Part shown: one piece after another, positions 46,735-55,731 of the stretch | Layout: each line of letters begins with the position of its first letter | Position numbering within the stretch: the stretch's first letter is position 1 | Source: Chloroflexota bacterium | Lineage (GTDB): Bacteria > Chloroflexota > Limnocylindria > Limnocylindrales > CSP1-4 | NCBI GenBank assembly: GCA_025935925.1 | Contig: JAICUI010000003.1 | Coordinates: 13,018 to 77,017 of the forward strand | Direction: 5' to 3' | Length of the DNA stretch: 64,000 bases | The notes under the pieces: model-generated | Told to the model about the DNA's origin: nothing | The model's database searches: none | What the model saw: only the letters and a program-made list of their open reading frames with translations | Translations under genes and position numbers: made by a program

Positions 46735-47997
46735 CTAGCGGCCTGCGGCCTCGACCCGGATCGGCATTCCGGGCGCGACCTCGCCCTCGCGGAGCACCCG
46801 TGCGTAGAACCGCGCGTCCTCGGGGTGGGCGGCGTGGCTGATCCGTCCGTACCGGCCGTCGACGAACCAGTGCGCCTGTGTCGCGCACGGCGTCGTGTAC
46901 TGGGTCAGCTCGAGGAGCGGCCCTTGGTCGCCATCGCCGATGGCCAGTCGGTCGCCCGCCGCGAGCGCGCCCCAGTCGATCCCGAGCAGCGTGAGGTTCT
47001 CGCCGAACGCGCCCGGAAACGCATGATGGCCGTCGGCGCGCACGCGCTCGATCGCCTCCTGGGCGTACAGGCACACCGCGGCGCGCTCGCCGCCATGGTT
47101 GTCCGTGTCGTGATGGGCGTCGCCGTCGAGCCCGAGGCGGCCGATGTGGGCGCGATCGACGGGTGGCTTCGGGACGCCACCATCGTTCAGATTCACCGAC
47201 ACGACCAGCCCGACCCGGCCGGGAACCGGTGACCGCCGCCGCAGCAGGCGGCCGAGCAGGCGGTACGGGAAGTCGATGAGCTCGCGACCGGCGGTGTCCG
47301 GGTCGTGGTCGATGAGGTCCCGGACGCGATCGACGAGCGCCGCTCGTTCGGCCGGCTCGAGCGCCGCGACGGTGCTGATGGAGGTGACACGGTCGATGAC
47401 GGCCTCGCGGCTCACGCGGTGCACATGCGGGACGTCGAGCTGCTCGACGAGCTCGAAATGGGCCAGCCGGTCGAGCTTCTCGCGCCAGCCGAACTGCTCG
47501 ACCGGCGATTCGCCGCCGGTCGCCTCCTCGAGGAGCTCGGTCATGCGGGCGACCCACGGGATCGATTCGTCGCGCTTGTTGTGGACGATCGCGAGCCCGC
47601 CGTCCGGCTGGATGACGCGATGGAGCTCGGACACCGCCCTCGCCTGGTCGAACCAGTGGAAGGCCTGTGCGACGACGGCGCCCGCTACCGATCCGTTGGC
47701 AAGCGGGATCGCCTCGGCCGTCCCATCGAGCGCCTCGGCCTCGCGGACCATCGACCGGAGCTGATCGCGCATGCCCGTCACCGGCTCGACGGCGATCACG
47801 TGCGCTCCGGACGGGATCAGCAGGCGCGTGAGCTTTCCGGTCCCGGCCGCCAGGTCGAGCACGGCGCGACCCGGGCCGAGGTCCATGAACCGCTCGAGCG
47901 CGTCGATGAGCTCGGGTGGATAGCCGGGCCGGCCACGCTCGTACGCGTCGGCTGCTGCCCCGAAGTTCGCCGCGAGCGGATGGACGGCGTCGGTCAC
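46735..47997 (-). CDS. Class I SAM methyltransferase-MOSC domain fusion
   Basis: YERGRPGYP, VLDLAAGTG, AQAFHWF; then GGVPK, HGG..AAVCLY, FGENLT, TPC. Confidence 0.85.
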   Translation of the reverse strand: MTDAVHPLAANFGAAADAYERGRPGYPPELIDALERFMDLGPGRAVLDLAAGTGKLTRLLIPSGAHVIAVEPVTGMRDQLRSMVREAEALDGTAEAIPLANGSVAGAVVAQAFHWFDQARAVSELHRVIQPDGGLAIVHNKRDESIPWVARMTELLEEATGGESPVEQFGWREKLDRLAHFELVEQLDVPHVHRVSREAVIDRVTSISTVAALEPAERAALVDRVRDLIDHDPDTAGRELIDFPYRLLGRLLRRRSPVPGRVGLVVSVNLNDGGVPKPPVDRAHIGRLGLDGDAHHDTDNHGGERAAVCLYAQEAIERVRADGHHAFPGAFGENLTLLGIDWGALAAGDRLAIGDGDQGPLLELTQYTTPCATQAHWFVDGRYGRISHAAHPEDARFYARVLREGEVAPGMPIRVEAAGR

Positions 47998-48163
47998 GGC
48001 GCAACGGTACCGGGCAGGCGAGCCCGTCGGCGCGTGCCGGCGGGAAGGATTCGGTCTCGGTAAAGGAATCGCAAGGTGACGCGGCCTGTCACCCAACTCT
48101 CAGACAGCTCGACGAGCGTGGGAACCAGGACCCAGCCCGCGCTCAATCGAGAGGACTTCCCGC

Positions 48164-49783
48164 ATGGATGACCCCCAGGTCGCGCGCCCCAGCGCGCAGC
48201 CGCAACCGCCGACGTTCGCGGCCCCGGGCGCGAGCCCGGCGCCGTCGCCCACCGCCGATTCGCCGACCGAGCCGTTCCGGCCCACCTTCGCGGCGCCCGT
48301 CGCGCCCCCGCCCGGCCCGTGGCGCCCGCCGACGTTCGAGTACTCGCGGTCCGCGGCGCCGGTCGCGCCGGAGCCGTTCGCACAGGCCGCGAAGCCGACG
48401 GCGCCGCGTCGCTCGTCAGGGACGGCCAGGATCGTGACCGCGGTTGCCCTGACCGCCGTTCTCGCCTCGGGCGGAACCGCGCTCGCGCTCAATGCCGCGA
48501 ACGGCAACCACGCCGTCGCCAGCCAGCCGCCCGCGTATGTTCCTGCCGCAGCCCAGTCCAGCCAGACGCCGGCCGCGAACGGCGGTCAGGCGCCCGCGGC
48601 CACGACGGCCCCGCAGACGCAGCCGCCCGCCGCCGCGAACGGCGGCCAGGGTCCGGCCGCCACGGTCGCCCCGCTTGCGCCCGGCGCGCAGGCCGACGTG
48701 CCCGCGATCGTCAAGGCCGTCAGCCCCGCCGTCGTCACCATCACGGCCGACGGCGCGACCGAGACCGATCCCACCACCGGCCAGAGCGGCACCGGGACCG
48801 CCATCGGCTCCGGCGTCATCTTCGACGCGAACGGGCTGATCCTCACCAACCATCACGTCGTCGCCGGCGATCCGTCCAAGCTCACCGTGACGCTGAAGGA
48901 CGGTCGCTCGTTCGACGCGCACGTCTACGGCATCGACACCCTCACCGATCTCGCCATCGTCAAGGTCGATGCGACCGGCCTGCCGACCGCTCCGATCGGC
49001 GACTCGTCGACGATCCAGGTCGGCCAGCAGGCGATCGCCATCGGCAGCCCGCTCGGCCAGTTCACCGACTCCGTGACGAGCGGCATCATCTCGGCCATCG
49101 GCCGATCGATCCCCGTGGACTCCGGCACCGTCCTCGACAACCTCATCCAGACCGACACGCCGATCAACCCCGGCAACAGCGGCGGGCCGCTCCTCGACCC
49201 GTCGGGTGCCGTCATCGGCATCAACACCGCGGTCGCCGGCAACAGCCAGGGCATCGGGTTCGCGATCCCGATCAACGTCGCCCGCCCGCTGCTCCAGCAG
49301 GCGTCCGCAGGCCAGAAGCTCGCGCGGCCGTGGCTGGGCATCCGGTTCCTGACGATCACACCCGACGTCAAGGCGGAGGCCAACCTGCCGGTCGACAACG
49401 GCGCGTGGGTCCCGAGCGCGGACGCGCTGGCGGGCCAGGGCAACGGCGACCAGGCCAACGGCAACCAGGGCAACGGCCAGCAGCCGGTCGACCCGAACGA
49501 CCCGAACTTCGATCCGTTCAACCAGGACCCGAACGCGCAGGGCCAGCCGGGCGGCCGCCAGGCGCCTGACGCGGTCGTTGCCGGCGGACCGGCCGCGAAG
49601 GCGGGGCTCAAGGCCGGCGACATCATCACGGCGGTCGACGGCACGGTGCTCGACGGCGCGCATCCGCTCGACGTGGTGATGAGCCAGCACGCCCCGGGCG
49701 ACACGGTCACCCTCGACGTGCTCCGTGACGGCCAGATGATCAAGCTCCAGGTGACGCTCGGGACTCGCCCGGCCGGCAACTAA
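48164..49783 (+). CDS. htrA: HtrA/DegP-like membrane-anchored serine protease with PDZ domain
   Basis: Pro-rich N-terminus and TM; TNHHV; DLAIVK; INPGNSGGPL; PDZ GPAAKAGLKAGDII. Confidence 0.93.
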   Translation: MDDPQVARPSAQPQPPTFAAPGASPAPSPTADSPTEPFRPTFAAPVAPPPGPWRPPTFEYSRSAAPVAPEPFAQAAKPTAPRRSSGTARIVTAVALTAVLASGGTALALNAANGNHAVASQPPAYVPAAAQSSQTPAANGGQAPAATTAPQTQPPAAANGGQGPAATVAPLAPGAQADVPAIVKAVSPAVVTITADGATETDPTTGQSGTGTAIGSGVIFDANGLILTNHHVVAGDPSKLTVTLKDGRSFDAHVYGIDTLTDLAIVKVDATGLPTAPIGDSSTIQVGQQAIAIGSPLGQFTDSVTSGIISAIGRSIPVDSGTVLDNLIQTDTPINPGNSGGPLLDPSGAVIGINTAVAGNSQGIGFAIPINVARPLLQQASAGQKLARPWLGIRFLTITPDVKAEANLPVDNGAWVPSADALAGQGNGDQANGNQGNGQQPVDPNDPNFDPFNQDPNAQGQPGGRQAPDAVVAGGPAAKAGLKAGDIITAVDGTVLDGAHPLDVVMSQHAPGDTVTLDVLRDGQMIKLQVTLGTRPAGN

Positions 49784-49802
49784 CCCTTCGTCGCACACCA
49801 GA

Positions 49803-49837
49803 GAAGACGGTCCCCGGCATGCCGGCGGGCCGTCTTC
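49803..49837. terminator. GC-rich hairpin between convergent genes (possible bidirectional terminator)
   Basis: GAAGACGG...CCGG-CATG-CCGG...CCGTCTTC; only weak U-tracts. Confidence 0.5.
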
Positions 49838-49880
49838 CGTGTTCTCGGACCGGTTCGGGGGAGCCGGGCCCGGCGAACGG

Positions 49881-50162
49881 TCAGCCTGGCTGTACGAGGT
49901 CCGAGAAGTCGAATCGAAGGCGATCGACCACGAGCGCGTCTCGGAGCGCGGCGTGCGCGGCCAGCATCGTCTCGCCCGAAGCCGCGCTTTCCCGATCTCG
50001 GTCGCCCAGTCGATAGCGCGCGACGAGCCGGACCCCGGGATCAGCAGGCTCAGGGAGCAGCTCGAGCATCTCGGCGCCCGGCCCGAGGAGGAGCTCGCAG
50101 TCATCCTCGATCCAAGCGAGGTGCTCGACCTCAGCCGCCGTGAGTGAAGGGCGTGGCGTCAC
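49881..50162 (-). CDS. Small hypothetical protein
   Basis: VTPRPSLT...FSDLVQPG; plausible codon usage; directly downstream of the BMC operon. Confidence 0.6.
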   Translation of the reverse strand: MTPRPSLTAAEVEHLAWIEDDCELLLGPGAEMLELLPEPADPGVRLVARYRLGDRDRESAASGETMLAAHAALRDALVVDRLRFDFSDLVQPG

Positions 50163-50218
50163 GAGCCGCAGTGTGCTACTCAGCCGCCGCGTCCACAAGA
50201 CGCTCGGGTCGCAGAGCG

Positions 50219-50557
50219 TTACGTCGCCCGGGGAGTGCGTCGGCGGGTCGTCCCCTTCGCCACGGGCGGTGGAGCGCTCGCGGAGGTCGTCGGCGCGTCC
50301 ACGTGATCGACGATCCCCACGATGACCGTCCTGAGCGGTCCGTATGGCGCGCCGACGATCTGGCGCGCGCTCGACCCCTCGTCGAGCACGAGGACGGTCT
50401 CGCCCGCCCCGGCTCCGACCGTGTCGACCGCCACGAGATAGCCGGAACCGGGCCGGCCGTCGGGCTCCAGGAGGTCCACGAGCAGCAGCGCCCGTTCCTC
50501 GAAGATCGGTGCCTTGATCGTCGAAACCACCGTGCCGACGACCTTCGCGAGCTTCAC
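50219..50557 (-). CDS. BMC vertex protein (BMC-P, EutN/CcmL family) no. 3, with a basic C-terminal tail
   Basis: VKLAKVVGTVVST.K..VAVDTVGAG.GE.VLV..GSSAR..IVGIVD. Confidence 0.92.
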   Translation of the reverse strand: MKLAKVVGTVVSTIKAPIFEERALLLVDLLEPDGRPGSGYLVAVDTVGAGAGETVLVLDEGSSARQIVGAPYGPLRTVIVGIVDHVDAPTTSASAPPPVAKGTTRRRTPRAT

Positions 50558-50829
50558 CGTCGGAGCTCCGACACGGCGTCCACGATCCCGACGATCGCGT
50601 GGTCCACGGGCACGAACCGGTTGGGCATCGCCTCGGCCGCCTCGCGCGCGCCGACGATGAACACCAGCTCGCCGGGTCCCGCCATCTCGACCGCGTCGGC
50701 GGCCACGACCGCTTGGCCGGCGGGCTGCAGCTGGCGAGTCAGCGGCTGGACGATGAGGAGCCGAAGGCCCTCCATGTTGTCCGCCTTGACCGTCGCAACG
50801 ACGGTGCCGATGACCCGCGCGAGCTGCAT
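50554..50829 (-). CDS. BMC vertex protein (BMC-P) no. 2
   Basis: MQLARVIGTVVAT.K..AADAV..GPGE.V..GAREA..PVDHAIVGIVD. Confidence 0.92.
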   Translation of the reverse strand: MQLARVIGTVVATVKADNMEGLRLLIVQPLTRQLQPAGQAVVAADAVEMAGPGELVFIVGAREAAEAMPNRFVPVDHAIVGIVDAVSELRR

Positions 50830-50831
50830 CG

Positions 50832-51440
50832 CTACGCCTCGCCGCCGGCGGCGCCCAGGCGGTCGCGGAACCGCGGCGCACCCTCGAGCTCCGCGCGCAT
50901 CTCGTGGTGGAGCTGCGGGATCACCCGGGCCACGGGGAGCCGCGACGAAGGCGCCGACGCGTCCGAGATGCGCTCGACCGCGATCGCCACCGCGGCCTCG
51001 ACGTCCGAGACGGACCCGTCGAACAGCAGGTAGCCCTTGCCACCCAGCCCGTCGGCCAGGCGGAGCTCGAGCAGCTCGACCGCCGCACCCTTCACGCCCG
51101 CATCGGCCGCCTCGATCGTCGACGCGACGGTCGCCGTCTCCACGACCCCCAGCGCATCGCCGCCACCCGCGCGCCGATCGCCCCGGAGCGCCCCGACGAC
51201 CTGTGCGTGGACGTTGGGCAGCAGGACGACGTCGACCAGCGACGCCTCGCCGACCTCGACACCCGCCCGGAACGCCTCCTCGACGTCGGCGACCTCGCCC
51301 GTCACGAGCACGAGGTACCGGCCGGGATGCACCGTGCCGGCTCGCAGCACCTCCACCGGCGCCCGCTTGACCATCGCGTCGCCGGCCTCGATGCCCACGG
51401 CGATCGAGGCGAGCTCCAGCAGCGCGAGCGCAGGCCCCAC
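50832..51440 (-). CDS. Tandem-domain shell protein (BMC-T, single-layer type)
   Basis: Two BMC domains: LELASIAVGIEAGDAMVK..GEVADV and VETATVASTIEAADAGVK..GSVSDV. Confidence 0.92.
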   Translation of the reverse strand: MGPALALLELASIAVGIEAGDAMVKRAPVEVLRAGTVHPGRYLVLVTGEVADVEEAFRAGVEVGEASLVDVVLLPNVHAQVVGALRGDRRAGGGDALGVVETATVASTIEAADAGVKGAAVELLELRLADGLGGKGYLLFDGSVSDVEAAVAIAVERISDASAPSSRLPVARVIPQLHHEMRAELEGAPRFRDRLGAAGGEA

Positions 51441-52892
51441 TCAGACGATCCGCATCGCGCCGACGACGGTGATCCGTCGCTCGCGCGAGAACGTCCGGGG
51501 CCGCGTCATGCCGTCGCCCGACGGGCTCGCGATCGACATCGTCGCGAAGCCTTCCCCGCCCTGGCCCAGGCCGGAGAAGTTCGGCCCGTTGGCCACGAAG
51601 ATCGAGCAGTTCATCGCCCGCGCCATCGCGGTGATCGCGGTGACGTTCGTCGAGTGGATCGAGGCCGTGTGCCGGAACGAGTGCTCCGCCCGGACCGCGA
51701 GGTCGATCGCGGCCGTGACGTCCGGCACCCGGACCACGGGCATCACCGGCATCATCTGCTCGGTCCAGACGAGGCTGTGCTCCACGGGCACCTCGGCGAC
51801 GAGCAGCCGCGGCTCGACCGTCGGCCGGACGCCGATCTCGGCCAGGATCCTCGACGCGTCCCGCCCGATCCACGCCGGGTTGACGTGCCCGGGCTTCCCC
51901 GGCGCGCCGAGCTCCGTGAAGATCACGCGCTCGAGCTTGCGCAGCTCGTGCTCCGCGAGGACGTACGCGCCGCTCTCGGCCATCGAGCGGACGAGCCGGT
52001 CCGCGATCGAGGCGACGGCGATCGTCTCCTTCTCGTCGGTGCACACGATGTTGTTGTCGAACGACGCGCCGAGGACGATGTCCCGGCCGGCCTTGTCGAC
52101 GTCCGCCGTCTCGTCGACGACCGCCGGCGGATTGCCGGGACCCGCCGTGATCGCGCGCTTGTCGCTCTTGAGCGCCTCGCGGACGACGCCGGGGCCGCCG
52201 GTGACGAGGAGGACGCGGACGTCGCGATGCGACATGAGCAGCCGGGCCGACTCGATGGTCGGTTCGACCGTCGAGACCACGAAGTGCGGCGGCCCGCCGG
52301 CATCGACGATCGCCTTGTTCACCAGCCGCACGGCGGCGTTCGAGACCCGCCGCGCCGATGGGTGCGGGTTGAACACGACCGCGTTTCCCGCGGAGACGAT
52401 GGCGATCGCGTTGGACAGGATCGTGGCACCGGGGTTCGTGACGGGCGTGATCGCGCCGACCACCCCGAACGGCGCCCATTCGGTGACCATCATCCCGCGG
52501 GCGCCGGTCACGGCCTCGACCTCGAGGTCCTCGGGCCCCGGCGCCTTCTCGAGCACGAGCCGGTTCTTCGTGATCTTGTCGTCGATGCGGCCGAGGCCGG
52601 TCTCCTCGACGGCCATCCGCGCGAGCACCTCGGCCTGCTCCAGCCCGGCCTTCCGGACCGCCGCGATGATCGTCTTCCGCTGGTCGAGCTCCATGCGCGT
52701 GCCGCGATACGCGGCCGCGGCCGCGGCGATCGCCTCGTCCAGGGTCGGGAAGACGCCGTCGCCGGTCGCGGTCGACGATGGCCCGGCCAGGGCGTCCTGG
52801 ACCGCGATCCGCTTGCCGAGCTGCGGCCCGGGCTCACCGACCCGCCGCCGGACCCGCTCGATGATGTCGCTGATCTCGCGCTCGTCGACCAT
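51441..52892 (-). CDS. CoA-acylating aldehyde dehydrogenase (EutE/PduP family) with an N-terminal encapsulation peptide
   Basis: EETGLGR..DKITKN; PFGVVGAITPVTNP; TGGPGVV; AGPGNPP; SFDNNIVC; EQMMP; HTASIHS. Confidence 0.93.
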   Translation of the reverse strand: MVDEREISDIIERVRRRVGEPGPQLGKRIAVQDALAGPSSTATGDGVFPTLDEAIAAAAAAYRGTRMELDQRKTIIAAVRKAGLEQAEVLARMAVEETGLGRIDDKITKNRLVLEKAPGPEDLEVEAVTGARGMMVTEWAPFGVVGAITPVTNPGATILSNAIAIVSAGNAVVFNPHPSARRVSNAAVRLVNKAIVDAGGPPHFVVSTVEPTIESARLLMSHRDVRVLLVTGGPGVVREALKSDKRAITAGPGNPPAVVDETADVDKAGRDIVLGASFDNNIVCTDEKETIAVASIADRLVRSMAESGAYVLAEHELRKLERVIFTELGAPGKPGHVNPAWIGRDASRILAEIGVRPTVEPRLLVAEVPVEHSLVWTEQMMPVMPVVRVPDVTAAIDLAVRAEHSFRHTASIHSTNVTAITAMARAMNCSIFVANGPNFSGLGQGGEGFATMSIASPSGDGMTRPRTFSRERRITVVGAMRIV

Positions 52893-52895
52893 CGG

Positions 52896-53183
52896 TTACT
52901 TGTGGTAGACCTCCGCGCCGCCCACCTCGAAGGTGTCGACGATCGCCATGATCACGGCGTCGCACGGCCGGTCCCGGGTGATCTCGGTCTGCCGGGCCGA
53001 CGAGCCCGACGCGTACAGCACCACCTCGCCCACGCCCGCGCCGACGGCGTCGGTCGCGACGACGTAGCCGCCGGTCGGCTGGTTGTCGACCCCGAGCTGC
53101 TGCACGACCAGCAGCCGCCAGCCCTCCATCAGGGGCTCCTTGCGGGTGGCGACGACCGTGCCCGCGATCCGTCCGAGGAGCAT
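52896..53183 (-). CDS. BMC vertex protein (BMC-P) no. 1
   Basis: [44 protein letters not shown]. Confidence 0.93.
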   Translation of the reverse strand: MLLGRIAGTVVATRKEPLMEGWRLLVVQQLGVDNQPTGGYVVATDAVGAGVGEVVLYASGSSARQTEITRDRPCDAVIMAIVDTFEVGGAEVYHK

Positions 53184-53267
53184 GCGTGTCCTCCGTGCCC
53201 GCCACCGGGACGGCGACGCGGATCGCCGCGAACGCCGTCCCGCCGAGGGTCCGACCTGTCGAGCCGC

Positions 53268-53570
53268 CTACCCGAGCTCCGCCCGCGCCTCGTCCGCGCG
53301 GCCCAGCGGCAGCACCGTGTCGACGTTCGCGTGCGGCCGGGCGATGACATGCGTCGAGACGACCTCGCCGACCTTCGAGGCGGAGCGCGCGCCCGCCTCG
53401 ACCGCCGCCTTGACGGCCGCGACGTCGCCACGGACGACCGCGGTGACGTAGCCGCCGCCCGTCTTCTCGTAGCTCACGAGCTCGACCTTGGCGGCCTTGA
53501 CCATCGCGTCGGCCGCCTCGACCACCGCGGCGAACCCGCGGGCCTCGATCATCCCCAGTGCTTCTGCCAT
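53268..53570 (-). CDS. Hexameric shell protein (BMC-H, PduA/EutM-like)
   Basis: [48 protein letters not shown]. Confidence 0.96.
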   Translation of the reverse strand: MAEALGMIEARGFAAVVEAADAMVKAAKVELVSYEKTGGGYVTAVVRGDVAAVKAAVEAGARSASKVGEVVSTHVIARPHANVDTVLPLGRADEARAELG

Positions 53571-53610
53571 CGGACCCTCTCCCTGTGTGGTTGCCTGTCG
53601 TTGCTGTTCG

Positions 53611-54240
53611 TTATCCCTTGGCGTCGCGGCCGTCGATGCCCTCGATGGCGGCCGCGGCCGCCTGCCAGCCCACGTCGATGTCCCGCTCCTCGCCGCCCAG
53701 GTACACGCGGCCCATCGACCCGAACGAGCGGACCTCGAGGACGTTGATCGCCGCCGCCTTCTCGGCCTCGTTCGCGGCGAGCGGCGCATACGCGGCTGGC
53801 TCCATCTCGAGCACGTACAGCGACTGGCCGCCGAGGATCATGTGGCCGTGGCGCGTCCTGTTGATGAGCTGCGCCTGGTGATCGTCGAGGCGGCGGATGA
53901 TCTGGCTCGACAGGATCCGCGGCTTGATCCGCGCGGTCTCCTCGACGCCGATCTCCTGGAGGATCGCCGCGCCGGCCGCCCGGACCTCGGCCTGCGATGG
54001 CGAGTGGATCTCGAGCAGGCCGAAGTAGCGCTCGATGATCTGCATGCCGGGCTTGACCTGCGTCGACTTGAGCGCGATGTCGGTCAGGCGGTTGATCTCG
54101 ATGCCCGGCGCGACCTCGATGTACAGCGAGGCGTCGCCCGGCAACGGCAGGAAGCCCTGCGCCACCGTCCCCAGGAACGCGGCGTACTGCGGCTGGAGGT
54201 TGTCCAGGAAGCAGAACGCCCTGAGCTCAATACCGGCCAC
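53611..54240 (-). CDS. Circularly permuted double-stacking shell protein (BMC-Tdp, CcmP/CsoS1D-like)
   Basis: [11 protein letters not shown]; [16 protein letters not shown]; [10 protein letters not shown]; QLINR; [22 protein letters not shown]; GRVYL.G. Confidence 0.9.
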   Translation of the reverse strand: MAGIELRAFCFLDNLQPQYAAFLGTVAQGFLPLPGDASLYIEVAPGIEINRLTDIALKSTQVKPGMQIIERYFGLLEIHSPSQAEVRAAGAAILQEIGVEETARIKPRILSSQIIRRLDDHQAQLINRTRHGHMILGGQSLYVLEMEPAAYAPLAANEAEKAAAINVLEVRSFGSMGRVYLGGEERDIDVGWQAAAAAIEGIDGRDAKG

Positions 54241-55120
54241 TGGCGGCCCCTCCCTCTCCGGTCACGATCTTCACGCCCGCCGACGCCCCGATCCGGGTGG
54301 CGCCGGCGGCGATCATCTCCTCGACGTCGTCCCTGGTCCGGATGCCGCCCGAGGCCTTGACGCCCATCCGCGGCCCGACCGCCTCGCGCATCAGCGCGAC
54401 GTCGAACACGGTGGCGCCGCCGGAGGCGTACCCGGTGCTCGTCTTGACGAAGTCGGCCTTCGCCTCCTTGGCGAGCCGGCTCGCGATGACCTTCTCGCGG
54501 TCGTCGAGCAGCGCGGTCTCGAGGATGACCTTGTTGAGCGCGCCCGACTCGTGGCAGGCGTCCGAGACCCGCGCGATGTCGTCGCGGACGACGTCGAACA
54601 TGCGCGACTTGAGCGCCCCGATATTGATCACCATGTCGATCTCTCGCGCTCCGGCGCGGATGACCTGGCGTGCCTCGTGCGCCTTGATCTCGGCCGACGT
54701 CGCGCCGAACGGGAAGCCGACGACGCTCGCGACCGGGATCCCGGTGCCCTTGAGGTTGGCGGCGGCGCGCGGGACCCAGAACGGGTTGATGCACACGCTG
54801 GCGAACCGGTGCTCCACCGCCTCGGCGCACAGCTTGTCGATGTCGGCGCTGCAGGCATCCGGCTTGAGCAGCGTGTGGTCGATGTAGCGGGCGAGGTCGT
54901 CGGGGACGTGGCCGGCCTGGCCGGTATAGGAGACGCGCGAAGCGCCGCCGGCGACGACCTCCGCGACCCGCGGCGCGCACTGGCCCGCGCACGCGCCCGA
55001 GCAGGTGCCGCCGCAGCCGTCACACACGGCGGACGAACCGCGGCTGGCCGCGAGCGTCGCCATCACCTCGCGGGTGATCGCCTCGATGAGGAGGGCGCGG
55101 TCGTCCGTCTGGGTGGTCAT
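54227..55120 (-). CDS. deoC: Deoxyribose-phosphate aldolase with an N-terminal encapsulation peptide and Cys-rich insert
   Basis: IDHTLLKP; VVGFPFG; EIDMV; KVILET; FVKTSTG; VKASGGIRT; RIGASAG. Confidence 0.93.
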   Translation of the reverse strand: MTTQTDDRALLIEAITREVMATLAASRGSSAVCDGCGGTCSGACAGQCAPRVAEVVAGGASRVSYTGQAGHVPDDLARYIDHTLLKPDACSADIDKLCAEAVEHRFASVCINPFWVPRAAANLKGTGIPVASVVGFPFGATSAEIKAHEARQVIRAGAREIDMVINIGALKSRMFDVVRDDIARVSDACHESGALNKVILETALLDDREKVIASRLAKEAKADFVKTSTGYASGGATVFDVALMREAVGPRMGVKASGGIRTRDDVEEMIAAGATRIGASAGVKIVTGEGGAASGRY

Positions 55121-55731
55121 CGCTGGGCGTCCGTGCTGTAGCGGTCCTCGATCGCGGAGATCTTCTGCACGCGCTTGCCGTGGCGCTCGGCGCCCCACGG
55201 CGTGGCGAGGAACGTGTCCACGACCTCGAGCGCCAGCCCCTCGCCGATCATCCGTGCCCCGAGCGTCAGCACGTTCGCGTAGTTGTGCTCGCGGGCGTTG
55301 CGGGCCATCGAGACGTCGTGGGCGTTCGCCGCACGAACGCCCGGCACCTTGTTCGCGGCCATCGCCGAGCCGATCCCGGCGCCGTCGATGACGATCCCGG
55401 TCGCACAGGCCCCGGACGCGACGAGCCGCGCGACGACATGCGCGAAGTCGGGATAGTCGACGGCGTCGGCCGTGGTCGTGCCGCAGTCCGTGACGCCGTA
55501 GCCGCGCTCCTGGAGGTGCTTCGCGAGCACCGCCTTCAGGCCGACGCCCCCGTGATCCGCGCCGATCGCGACCGCGTTCGAGGCGCCGCCGGAGGCCGGA
55601 GCCGGGACCGGGCTCGGGGGTGCGGATGTCACGGCGGTCGATCCCGTCGCGGTGCGGGTCTCGGCGGCCGCCATCGCGCGCTCGACGAGCTGCCGGACCA
55701 GGGCCTCGTCGGGCGTCCGCGTCTCAGCCAT
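55117..55731 (-). CDS. rpiB: RpiB/LacAB-family sugar-phosphate isomerase with an N-terminal encapsulation peptide
   Basis: IGADHGG; VDYPD; [20 protein letters not shown]; [14 protein letters not shown]; RH..RV. Confidence 0.9.
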   Translation of the reverse strand: MAETRTPDEALVRQLVERAMAAAETRTATGSTAVTSAPPSPVPAPASGGASNAVAIGADHGGVGLKAVLAKHLQERGYGVTDCGTTTADAVDYPDFAHVVARLVASGACATGIVIDGAGIGSAMAANKVPGVRAANAHDVSMARNAREHNYANVLTLGARMIGEGLALEVVDTFLATPWGAERHGKRVQKISAIEDRYSTDAQR

